DNA of 64,000 bases. It comes from Candidatus Omnitrophota bacterium (lineage in GTDB: Bacteria; Omnitrophota; Gorgyraeia; Zapsychrales; JBAZNR01). Below, one piece after another: positions 15,001 through 27,700 of this stretch (position 1 is the first letter of the stretch; every line of letters starts with the position of its first letter). The notes beneath the pieces are model-generated. The model saw nothing but the letters and a program-made list of their open reading frames with translations, did no database searches and was not told where the DNA came from. A program made the translations under genes and the position numbers. Location: positions 322,332 to 386,331 of the forward strand of contig JBAZNR010000001.1 of NCBI GenBank assembly GCA_041649175.1, read 5' to 3'.

Positions 15001-18000
15001 GATGTATCAAGCTTTAATTTTAAGGATTGCGCTTGCGTATAAGCATCTTGAGCTTTATCGTATTGCGCCATATCGCGGTAAAGGACAATAAGCTTGCCAT
15101 AAATAAACGCAGCGTCTTCTCTTAAGCTTTCTGTCAGTTCCGGTTGACCTGGATCTTGCGTACGAACCATAGCTTTGACTATTTCAAATTTCTGCGCCGC
15201 AGTGCTTAAAGCTTTTCGCAACTTTTCGCCGTTGGCATCATTTTTATATTCGGCCACCAAAGCCTCTTGCCTGGCGTTTTCTGCCAAGCCGGCAAGGCTG
15301 CGTATTTCCCACTCTTTAAATCTCCATTGGCGGCTGATATCGACCGCGCGATTAAAGAAGGCCAAAGCTTCTTTGCGATGCCCCGTTTCCTGAAAACAAA
15401 TTCCAACCGTATAGACAACGCCGACGTGGTTGGCGGCTTCTTCCGATTTATTAAAATCCTGTTTAAGGATCGGCATACGGTATGGCGCGTAAAGCTTGAG
15501 CGCTTCTTCATACCTAGTTAAACGCGAATAAAGGTACCCTAAGCGGAATGCTTCAGAGATCTCCTCTTCCGAACGGCTTCCTTTTTGAATGTTGTAATTC
15601 GCCTCCACATACTCAATAGCTTCCGCGATCAGAGCAGCTTCTTTTTCCTTTTCCAGTGTTTGGTCGATCTCGTAGATGATCATGGCGGAAAGTTCATTCC
15701 AAAGCCAAATTAAGAGCTTCCGATTGGAAGGATCACGGACAATGTGTTCTTGCGCAACTTTCTTGGCTTCAACGACATTTTGGTGCATCAGATCAAATTC
15801 TTTGGCTTCCTTATAAATACGCGCCTTGGAAACAAAGATCCGCGCTAAAAGCTTCCATTTTGTCTTATCGTCATTCTCCACAATGCTGTCAACCGCTTGA
15901 GCCATTAAATCCAAAGTCTTTAGGCGAAGTTCTTTACTTTCCGGTGTTTTGATCTCTTCATACAATTCATCAATTTCTTTTTCTAAAAATGCCGGCAATT
16001 GTAAGGCACTATCCGCCGATAAAATTCCGGATAAAAATTGCCGCAAGCCCTCTATCTGCGTCTCGCCTTCTTCGCCGTAATATAAAAGGATCTGGGTCAT
16101 GATAACCGTTCGCAAATTATCCGAAAAGTCTTCTTGAGGGATCAAAAGATTATCTTGAGCCAAGCGATAATATTTTCTGACATTGTCTCGATCGCCCATT
16201 TCACGGTAAATATCCGTGTACTGCATGAGCAAAATGGGATGATTGGGCGCCACCATTAAAGCTGAGTCAACGTAAGTAAGAGCTGTTTCATAGTCTTTTA
16301 AGTATAGATAAGCCTGGCTTAAAGAAAGCCGCATGCGAAGCAGGCGGATCTTAAGCCATTCGAATTTTTCTTTCGGTAAACGTGCCAAGCTTTCCGGGCT
16401 GTCATCCAAAAGCCCAAACTGGCCTAAAAGCAATACTCTGGCTTTTAAATAAGTGTCTCGCGCTTCTTCATATTTTTCTTCATGAGAAAGTTCTATGGCT
16501 TTATTCCAAGCCGATTGCGCGTCTTCCCAGGATTGTCCCAGAATGAACGGATTTTCATTGGCCACCGTTGCCCATAATCCTAATGAGAAAATGTTTGGAA
16601 TAAACGCCGCCAAAGATTGATTTTCTTTCTGCTCGCGGCTTACGGCTATTTTTCCGTTGGGATGAAGACGAACAGTAAGCAGGCCGCTTTGCATATCTAC
16701 CTGAGCTGGATAAGAAAGTTGGAGAAGCTGTTGCGAAACATCCGAATAAATTTCCACTTCATCATAATTGCCCATAATTAAGTCATTTTCTAAATAAACA
16801 AAATCATCCAGCAGCGGCCTAAGCGATGCATCAATGCCGCAGTCAAAAATTGCCGTTGAGATATGGTCTATCTTTTTGCCAACCGGCATATCAACAAGTA
16901 AGATCCGACTTAATTCCATGCTATAAAGCTGATAATTAAATTCTATCGGAATAAGTTGATTATCTTGTTTCTGTAAAGTTATGAAAAACCCGCTTCTGCC
17001 CACTAAAATCAATCCGCCTTCCCGCAAAGCCCCGGATAAAAACCCTAAAGCACGTTTTGATTTCTCATGAGAGTAATGGATAAGCACATTAGCAACACGA
17101 ATGATACTGGCTTGATTCGCATAAAGCGCAGCCGGAAGGTCAAACGTTCCGTAATAAAGAAACGTATTAAATATGGCCGGATCAGCATCGGTCAAATAGT
17201 CTTTTGTCAGAGTCACCGCTTCTACGTTATTGTCAAAACCGGCCAAACGGTAATGCGGATTTTCTCTTTGCAGGCGCCGGGCTAATTCCGTAAAGGTCGG
17301 CGCGGGCGATTGTTCTTTGCGTTTACGTTTTCCCGGTTCCACAAGCCCAATGCCAAAATCAATAACAAGAATTTCTTTTTGAGCCTGAGACTTAGAAGCC
17401 TCCACGCTTGCCGCTAACCGCCCTGCGATGTAATCGTCATAGATAAAAAGCCTGCCGGGATAAGTTATGGTTTTCGTTATCTTGCTTAATTCATGTAAAT
17501 TTTCCGGATCAACAACCACACCGAATAAACCAAAAGCCCCAAATCCTAAAAATCCGTAAAGTTTAATTCCCCCGTTATCGGCGTGGCGGGCGTCGTAAGG
17601 CCAGCCGGCAAAATCCAAAAGGGCGACGCGCATACTTTCCCAAATCCTATCCGGCGCATACATAATGGCCCGAGAATCTATGGTTTGAGAATCATAAATA
17701 GAGAATTTGGTAATTTCATGGATTTCCGGGCCCGTGGCCAACGGCGTTGATTGGTAGCCTGTCGAGCGAAGGGTCACTCGAAGTTTTAATTTAGTATCGT
17801 TTTCGGCCTTTAATAATTTTCCCGGGGCTACCATGATCTCTCTATTTTTTCGATGAACATCGGCTGTCGGCGACGATAAAACCTGATAAATAAGCCGTTC
17901 GATCACTTCCGGCCTAAAGTTAAGTTTTCTGATAAAATCATCTTCCAGGATCGAACGTAAACCGCTATGGCCAAATTTATTCTCCCAATAAAGCCTTACG

Positions 18001-21000
18001 GCAATGCCGTGCTCTTTGAGAGCTTCTTCACTGACAGAGGTAGGAAGAAGATTGACATTGGTCGGATTAAGAAAGATTCTGGAACCGGTTTTCTCCATCA
18101 CTTGCCGGCCAACTTTTGGATAAGCCGTTACAACGATCATTAAACGTCCGTATGGTTTAGCCACTAAGGCAACGCGCGCCATATCGGAATTGCCGGTATA
18201 CCAGACATAAACATTTTCATAAACCGGCCATCCCCACCGCATCGCTTCCGTGACAATGCCTTTGATGTCTCGAGCAGTAAGCAAATACGGGAAATAGATC
18301 GAATTACCGTTAGCTTCTGCTCCGATAAAACGCGGTAATTGTGAATGCCGGGCGATAATATGATCAAAGGCATTCTCGGAGAGATAAAGCTTTTGGGCTG
18401 TTATACGGTTTACTTCGAACAGTCCCGCTATTCTTCTCCTGGGCTTTCCTATTTCTACTTTTGACGGCACGGGAACAATAGTAGCGGCAATAGCGGCATT
18501 CGAAGCCAAGCCTAAACGAAGCTCGATATTAGATACCAATTGATCAATATCGGAAATAACGGCTTCATCCCTCGAGGTTTCCCTGATCAATGAAAGAATC
18601 TCTTTAATGGCCTCATCAAATCTTTTTCTTTCATTAGATTCGGCCTTACGCTCTTTGTTCAACGTTTTTGTTTCTTTAAGATAAGCAACAAAGCGTATGC
18701 CCTGCTGGGTCAAACTTTCCTTAACAGCATTGATCTCGGTTTTTCGGTTGAGCCCGCCTCCTTTTTTAAGATCAACTCGAATTTTAACGATAAGAAACAT
18801 AATCAACGCATCAAGAGCTCGATCGTCATTCATCATTCCTAAAAACTCGATAAGCTTAAGGTGTTTTTCTAAACCGCTGTTGTTCAGCACAAAATCAACC
18901 TCCGCAAAAAGTTGCGGGCGTAAATTTTCGGTTTTTTGTAAAACATCTTCGGCGGAAATATTCCCCTTCAAAAACTCTCCGAGAATATTTTTCGCCGTTT
19001 CTTCCAATATGGGTTCGGCTTTTTCCGTCGGATGGGCGGCACGCTCTAAACGCCTTCGAAGAACTTTGCGCTGCGTTTCTAAGCGGCGCCAAAATTTGGC
19101 TATATCTCTTCTGAGCTTTCCTAATTTCTTAATTCCCAAAGGAATAAGGTCAGCCGTCAATGAATAAATAAACGCCGCAACGATGCCGACAATAACTAAC
19201 AGCGCCCGTGTTTTATGCCACGTCCATTCACCCAGCCAAGCCTTCGTTGAGTCATTTGCCGCCGCTTGCAATAAAGAGAACGCTCCGGATAATAAAACAG
19301 CCACCACCACCTTTACCGGCGTGGCCCACGACGGTAAAAACGCGTACAAACGGCTGACGGCTTGTTTCACATCGGGCTGGGTTTTAGCGCGATGCACGAT
19401 CGCTGTGGCGGGGATATTAAGTTTTCTCGATAAGTTTCGGCTGACCGTATAAATATTCCTAGGCTTATGAGAACGTGTTTTAAACACGCTAGCTTCGTCA
19501 ATGATCGCCTGGTTGATTTTTTGATTAAGTTTATCAATGGCCTGCCTGACCCTTAGACTTCGTTGACGGCTTTCTAAAACCGTCCTGACGGAAAATCCCG
19601 ATCGTGCGGCGATCGCTTCATAAACAGTTCCTTCAAATCCCTTCTTGGTAACTGTTTTGCTGATCTCTCTGACCGCAGATAAAATAAGCGAATCAACCTG
19701 CGCTTTACGGTTTATTTTAAGGTTTATAAACCACTTTGATTCATAAGCTGTTCCGACAAGGATTCCGGCCTTCTTGGCAATATCTGCTTTATCAAATAAT
19801 CCGCCTTGTTTCTTAAGCTCCCGGTAGGCTTTCTTTAAACGAAATTCGGAGGAAAGTTTCTTTCTAATTACGCGTAAAGCTTTGCCGATTTGAGAATTTA
19901 ACTTTTCTCGATGGTAAACAGTCGCGACGGCGACAACCGCTCTAACGGCAATTTCCTCATAAGGATTAATGTTAAAATTTCCGTTATCGACCATTGCTTC
20001 AACTTGCGGAATAGCGGCAAGAATACGCAGATCAGACTCCAGGACAACATCGTTTGATGTCAGCATATTAAACCAGAATATCTTTTGCGCAGTTTCTCTA
20101 GCCACTCGCGCTTTTTGTAAAACCATCTTCCGGTTGAAAAGAATTCCTGGTTTTTTGAATTCTTTTCTCGCGTCCGCAACGCGATGGCCGGCAGAGGTTT
20201 TTCTTAAGACTAAGTCCTTAACATCGGAATTATCCTCCAATAAATCATAAAGTTCTCGCGTGCTTATCCCCATTTCCCGAGCGATATTTCCTCTGGTTAA
20301 ACGCTCTTTACGTTCAAAAAGAATTTCAAGGGCAGATTCAACTCTTGCTTTTAGATCGTTCTCTTTTGAGGGATCAACCAATCCAAAGGCAAGCGGAATG
20401 AGCCCGCCAATAAATGCGTTAAGCTGCGCATCGGCCGGTTTTTTGAATCCATCAACATAATATTCTCGAAGAATTCCAAACGGAATGCGAACAGCGTCAG
20501 ACAACCCGCCGTTGGTAAGTTTTTTCAGGAATATTTCGGGGACAGACAAAATAAAATCCTCATCTTCTTCGCTGATCGGCTGATTTTCTTTCATCGCATC
20601 GTTAAAGCGGTCATAGACATTTGCTAATTCACCGATAAGGGGGTTATCCTTCGTCCAAAAACTCAAAACCGCAATAAGATAAGATGAAAACTCTTTAAAA
20701 AATTCACTTTTACCAAGTAAGGCAACAATTTTCTGGCGCTGACCACGATTCATCAATCCCGAAGATATGGTAACCATGTGCATAATAGCAATGATCTTTT
20801 CTTGACGGGTCAACCGGTAATAGTCAGCGTGATAAATAACTTCCAAGTTGCTTATGGCCTCAAAATAATTATTGCGCTCTAAGGCCCCGACGATACCCTC
20901 ATTCATAAGTTCGGTTCCCTTAAAGCGAGCGATCGCCTTGATCTTAAGCAATGAAACCAAAAGATTAATATAGTCCGCGTTCGCATCAAAATAAGGAACC

Positions 21001-21719
21001 GTAACAATGATAGACTGGAATTTTCCGTCTTTAATATTGATGCCCAGTGTAAATAAATTGCTTTTCCCGTCCTGATCCTGCTTGGTCTGATAAAAATCAA
21101 TTTTGTAAGCATCAATGACCGCCAAAAGGTTTTCTAAAACTACCCCTTGCCCTAAGCGATGACGCAAAGCGCTTCTTATTTCTACCGTTATATCCGTCAT
21201 GAAGACAACTTTGACCGGACGGATCTTCTTTAAAGCAAGCTCCCAATCAAGTCTTGGATTTATTTTGTAACGTTCCTGGCTGAACAACAGAACCTCGATC
21301 GTATCCCTGAGGATATCTTGATGATCTGATAAATATTTAATGTCTTCTTGAATGATCTCTTCTTCGCTTAAATGGGGTTGAAGGATACGCGTTTTTTCAT
21401 GTTCGAGGAATCCTAAAACAGCGGCCGGGTGGTCTTTCATCAGCTCAAAAACTCTCCAGTGAATAAGCAAAGTCCCTTCGCTTTCGGAGACCATCATCGC
21501 CGGGCCGGGTAAAGCAACGATGACAATGCGAGTTAATTTCTTAGAAACAATAAGATTACCTAAGTATGGAACGATCTCTTCGACCTGCCCGTAGAGCTCT
21601 TCTTCTTCATCATGGGTGAGAAAGCCATTATGGATCTTAGAAATAAAAAACTTGCTCAGGACATTGGCAGATAAAAATACGGTGGGCCTTTCAATGGCGG
21701 CAAACTCGGCCGGATAAGC
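1..21719 (-). CDS. Segment C of the giant ORF: C-terminal side, 3' end beyond the window start. The first in-frame ATG is at 21495-21497, but protein-like sequence begins at 21719.
   Basis: Frame decoded at 57, 181, 541, 781, 2101-2340, 3181-3300, 7381, 8761, 9841, 10021, 10561, 12901, 15361, 20281-20460 and 21481-21719. Confidence 0.6.
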
Positions 21720-24700
21720 CTTAAATCCGCGTAAATCAGGGACAGTCCCCAGCTCAAGTTGGGGACTGTCCCTGTGTAAACGTCGAATTTCTTGTTCATA
21801 TGCATCGCGCCGGTCACGGCCTTCATATGTCCAAGCTAAAGCTGTATTATCTTCAATAAAACGTTTTAAAATATCCGCCAGTGCTTTTAGGGTTTCTTCA
21901 CTTTGAGGGCCCGTGAGCCTAACTAAAATTATTTCCTGAGGATCAATCGATAGGAGAATAAGCCCGATAAGGTTTTGGGCTATATTATCCACTTCTTTAA
22001 TATCTATTAGATTACCGCTGCTAAAAGTAATTATATCGGCCTGGACATTGAAAAGCTTTTCTATGGTTTTAGCTTTCCAGCTGATCATCTCCGATGGAAA
22101 AACATGAAGCCCGCGCGGATTAGTCACCTGCGCGGAAAACGCCACTTTATTGACCACACCGAATATTGTTGGAATAAATATAAACGAAGGCGCAAAGCCG
22201 TGAACGGTCATTCCCTTCACGGGAAGCTTAGAGGACCCGGACATTGTTCGATGAACCGCAAACGCTCCCAAAATCAAGCGTTCGGTTTCCCTAACAACAC
22301 TCATCCATTCTTTTTGATTAATGGCATAAGATAAATACCCGGATACGAGGGCTTTGAGCGCTTCGGCAGATTGCAAGGCTGATTCATAATTCTTATATTC
22401 TATGGCTGATTCGATATCGATCTCTAAGAGTTCAGCGATCCGGTGTGCTAAATCTTCAGCTTTTCGCACGGTATCGGTAAACGGATTATGCGTCAAGTGG
22501 AGGATCGCTTTTTTGCGATCACCGGATAAAAGATAGGCAACAATAAGAATTTCATATTGCATCTCTAGATCATCATCATTGGGATGAAGATTTCCAAGGT
22601 AAGATAAAACATCTATCGCTTCTTGATAATCTCTAACATAAATAAGAGCATTGCCGAAATGAACGCGAGTTGCATTGTCGATCAACTTCATATTAATGTG
22701 GCCTTTGATCAAATAATAAAACTGCGCTATATCTTCAATGATCTTTTGGCCCAACGATGAATAAGGATTGGCTTTTGAATCAAATAAAACGGCCGCCATT
22801 TGATGGATATGCTGATCAACGGTGCTCACCGAGATGAACCCGTGCGGGCTAATGCTCGGCCCATGATCATTGTCGCTGTCAACGACCACGCCCCAAATAC
22901 CCGCCAAGGCGCCAAAAGCAAACATCGGCGCAAAGGCAGCCAAAGAAGCAAGCCGCGTAGAGTTGCTGCTGACTTTTCGTGAACGTAAAAAGTAAGCATG
23001 TTCGTGGCCATGATTGAGGTGTTCGCCTAAAATAATATCGCTAAGCCCAAGTCTTTTGAACAATTGCCCTATAACGGTCGACTCAAGGATCTTTTCTCCG
23101 TTTTTAATAAGCCGAACGGACTGATCTGCCGCTGTCGAATCACTATAGGGATCAATGTATGTAAACGAGGGTGAGACCTGGTTTAAATATTCTACGGTCG
23201 GTTCATTGCCGATCACACCATCTACCATGACACCCGCCGGAAGCTTATCCAACAGCGCTTTTAAGAATTGGGTGGCTAGTTTCTCTCCGGTCAAATGGCC
23301 CATGCTGATATATAAGAAAATTCTCTGCGTCGAACTATACATGTGACCTTTAAACGAGGACGCATCAAGAGGACGGATATTGCCAATATCAAAAATTCCT
23401 CCGGTGTTAAACTCATAGGTCCCAAGAATTTCCGGATTGTCATCCCCTGCTACGAGAGGAAGATTTTCTTGATGTTCAAAAACACCAGCCTTCCAGATAA
23501 TTTCTGCCTTTTGAGATCCGGGATCACTAAAGGTAACAATGAACTGATACCGTTGTCCGTTTTTAGCGCCAACGGCTTCAAAACCACTTAGGCTGGTGAT
23601 CACCGATATAAAGCTAACCATATCCAAATACATTCCCGGCGCAAAGGCGGAAAGAGAACTAGACCCTGAGGATGGGGATTCTCCTGTCTTAAACGGCGCG
23701 AACATGTTGAATTTATCCGCAAAGTCATCACGCAGATCCGTAAGTGATCTGATGTCTCGGTCTATTCCGTAAGCTTTGCTGCGGGCAATAGTAAGCAATT
23801 CGTCAATGATGGGTAAAATAATTCTTGTCTGGTCATGGATATTAATATACTCCCCGACGTGCCCTTGTAATTGCGGGCTGTCCAAGCGATCAAGATAGAT
23901 CTTCTTTAAGGCTTCGCTTAATTCTTCTTGTGACGGCCGAACAAAATTGTAAGCAATTAACTCTACGGCTAAGACTTTACTGATCATTTCGATCCAGCGC
24001 ATCGACTTCATAAAGCGTTTTTCGTTGGAAGGAATTTCGGAGTTTCGGATGTAATCAAGAGAACGGCTTTCTTGGATCACGCCGCTAACAAGCGTGATCA
24101 ATTCCTCAATGCTAAAGCCTAAAATAGCGTTTAATTGAGCGGCGTTCGCGTTTCTATTGGGATCGGTGGAATAAAAATAGTTCGCGCCGAAATTCGCCAT
24201 TATTAGAGAAGCTGTCGCATCCACCGCTTCATAGCGGAAATTGCTCGGCCAAATGCCGTCTTCGGGGCCGATCATGGCCCAAAGTCCGCCGGTCGTTTCG
24301 TTTTGAGTTTCTGAAATAGAATCGATAATGGCGGCGGCCTCTTGTTCACCGCCCAAGGCTTTAAAGGCCGCCGCCATCCCTAAAGTCGCTTCCAGCCAAA
24401 CGGATGTAGTGTCACCCATCTTTTTGGCATAACCGATAAGTTCTACGCCGTTAATGGAAACATGATTGGCATTGATCCAATGAAGCGCGGAAATATAATG
24501 AATGGGGTCAATATTAAGAATCGCGCGCGCCTGATGAAGCGCTAAAATGCTGATATATTGAACGTCTAATTTTTCATCCGTCGCAAAATCAATGATACCG
24601 TCGCGCGACCAAACAGATTCAAAATGTGTGGGGCGCCACATTTTCCCGGTTAACCAGTTAGCCAGTTCGCGGGTTATGTTGCGGTAAGATTCACGGGTTT

Positions 24701-27700
24701 CTTCGGAAATGGAAGTTTGTTGAGATAAAACATTGAATAACATAATAGCGCGGGCATTGTGTTCGGTAGAACTCCAAATGAAAGCTTGTCCTTGAGCATC
24801 TTCCCCGCCGCGCAGGAAATGATAAACAGTTTGCGTTTGAGGATCTGTCCAGTCGCCGTAAAAACGCATCATCCAAGTAGCGGCGCGCTGAGCGGCGTTT
24901 AAGAATTCTTCATTGCCGGTTTTTGTATAAAGATCTACCAAGGCGCGCGCCATCGTTGCCACCGGCCCAACCATACGAAGTTCGCGGACATAATTGACTA
25001 AAATTTCTCCACTTGTCACATCGTAGGCATTGGCCCACCAACCATCCGCGTGTTGAACATTGATAGCGCCTTGAGCCAAACGGCTGGCATTTGCAACATC
25101 ATCCATCGCTAAAAAGGCACCAATTGCCAAAGCATTATTAAAGATCCATGACGCATTGTAAGACGCGTCTGTTTCGGGAACGCCGATAAAGCTGCGGATA
25201 AGATTGGTATCAGAATTAATATTATTCACCAAGAATTGTTTGGCTAAGGCGTTTCGTTCTTCCGGTGTTAAGGGTTCTTCTTCTTGCGGTTCGGTAGGAT
25301 TTTTCTTACTGCAACCTTCTAATAATGGGCCGGAAACAGCCGCTAAGGCCACGATCACCGCGAATTGCTGAAGGAATTTCCGACGAGAGATCGCGCGCAA
25401 AGGCAGCGTTTCCTTGCCGAATAAAATAAATAAGGATTCAAAGATTTTTGAAAGAAGCCCAAATCCGGCAGGGATTATGGCGTTAAGTCTGGTTTTATCT
25501 TGATGCTTTTCTATTTCTTTTTGCTCTTGTTGTTTTTCATAAATACCGCCCGAACCAAAGACTTTATCTCCTAGCTTCTCTAACTTTTCTTGATATTTCT
25601 CTTCTAATTCTCCAAACTTTTCTAATGAGTAATGATCGCTTAAGAATTCTTCAATAAAATTAAAAACTTCTTCGCTAAGATCATGACCCCATTGATTCTT
25701 AACCGAAACCGAAATAACCTGATCTTCTAGGGGCATACTTTCGATATGATCGAAGAATTGCGCAATCGCCATATTGCTTTCGAAAGTATACAAATCGATG
25801 TCGTTAATGGAAATTAGAACTGTTACATGTATGTCAGAGTATATTGCCTCAATCATTTTTTTCATATTCCAAACAGGTGCAAAATGTATCTTATAGACCG
25901 GATGGTACTGCTTGATGATCCAGCCATTGACTTCTCTGGTTTCTGAAATTTGCACTATGCCAAATACCACCGGTGTAAATGCCACAAAACCATTAAGCGC
26001 TGTCGCGGCTGATGCTACACCCACCAGCCACGGAGAGGTTGGTAGCATCGGAATTGCTTCCTGCCGCGACAGCGCTAAAATGACAGATAGTCTTTCTATT
26101 TCTTTTTTATACTCGGCGGATACTTCCCCATCCGCAACTAAAGCATCGGCATCGTTTAAGAATCTTTCAATTAAGGCTAAAATTTCTTCCGTAAATTTAT
26201 TGCCAAATTTATTTTGAACTTTCACGGCTAATACTTGCTCTTCTAAGGGCAATCCTGCTCGAGCGACGAAAAATTCCATTAAACCGGTATGGGCGTTAAT
26301 AAAAGATTTTAAATTAACTCCGCCAAAATAGATCTCAACCGAAATGCCTAAGGTTCTCTCAATAGCGCCAGCTAATTTATTAATATTCGAAACAGGAACG
26401 AAATGAATTCTATGTTTGGATGTTATTTGCCGCTCGACCCAGATTTCTTGAATAGATTGAACTGTTCCAAGAAACAGGAAACTAGACGAAACAAAACTAT
26501 TAAGTTCACTTAAGCTTCGTTCATGATCAATTTCCGATTTCTTTATGATTTCGGCTTTAAGGATCTGCAGAGACTTACTCACTAATTCCCCGAATTTGAA
26601 AATATAAAGGCTCATCCCACCCATGTAATTAAAATCCATCCAATCTTCTTGATCTTCAAACGCAGGATCCTGCCAGGGAAGCCGCTCTAAACGGCCCAAG
26701 AAAAATTCACGGTAAAATTCATCAATACGGATATCTTCAATAAGAATTTCAGGCGCCAGGTTCTTATGAAAAACAAGATTCGTCAATAGATCGTAAGCAA
26801 AAGCATAGGCATCAAAATAACGCTTCCATTGCTTGCGGTGATCTCCCATCGTCCCTAAACCAAGCTCCAGATTTCCCGCCGGAATAAGGCCGGTTGAATA
26901 AGTCACCATTTCTTCATAACTTGGGTCGGGTAAATTTAAGGATCCTGCATCGCCGTGGACAACAACGCCCGTTCCATGAAGAATTAAGGCGATATTCGTC
27001 CGGATGGATAATTGCGTAATCTGATTCCTATTGCTTAAGTTCTCTATACCAGTGACATTGTACGCAACAGCAGGTAATCCGTTCGAAATATGGGTCACGC
27101 CCGAATTCTGGGAGCTTCCTTTGACAATAATCACCACATCAAGGTCATTAGGTAAATTGTTCTGGGCGTGCCAAAGATAGTCGCCAAATACAATGATAAT
27201 AGGATTTTGAATATCCTGTATCGTCAGCCCGTTGTTGCCTTTTTGGGCGATTTGCTCAAGTAAGTCTACTAAATTTCCGGCAACATCTTCTCTCTCTAAT
27301 AATGTCGTTAATCTTTCTTTCATCATAGAAACAGCTTGCGGCTCATTTCTAATAAATGTCCACAGAGGTCGGTGGGAATGGTCAAGGTCAAATAAAATAT
27401 CATCAACTGTTTTTCTGTTATTAATTTCTCTGACAAAACCGAATGCAGACAACCCAAATCCAAAAAACGCGGAAAGTTTTTCTTCTTTCGTATCTTTGAC
27501 AAGAGAAGATGGCGCCGACTTTAAATATTCAATAATGGCCGGCGCTAAAGAGATCGTGCGCGCCGCAGAATCCAAAGAATTAGTTGCCACTACTTCGTTA
27601 AAATATTTTTCAAACTGTTTGAGGCCGGTGGAGAAAACACCGTGCGCCGCTCCGGCGTAAACTTTACTCGCGCCCAAAGCGCGCACCGCTTTAGCGAAAG

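Noticed and set aside
18697-19167. Longest track ORF (156 aa, plus strand), plus similar ones at 27232-27660 and 11322-11660.
   Set aside because: Low-complexity, S/R/F-rich, and antisense to a clearly coding minus-strand frame. Typical shadow ORFs.
21736-21773. The 14-bp hairpin as a Rho-independent terminator between two genes.
   Set aside because: No U-tract follows on either strand. Protein-like coding continues on both sides in the same frame with no start codon.
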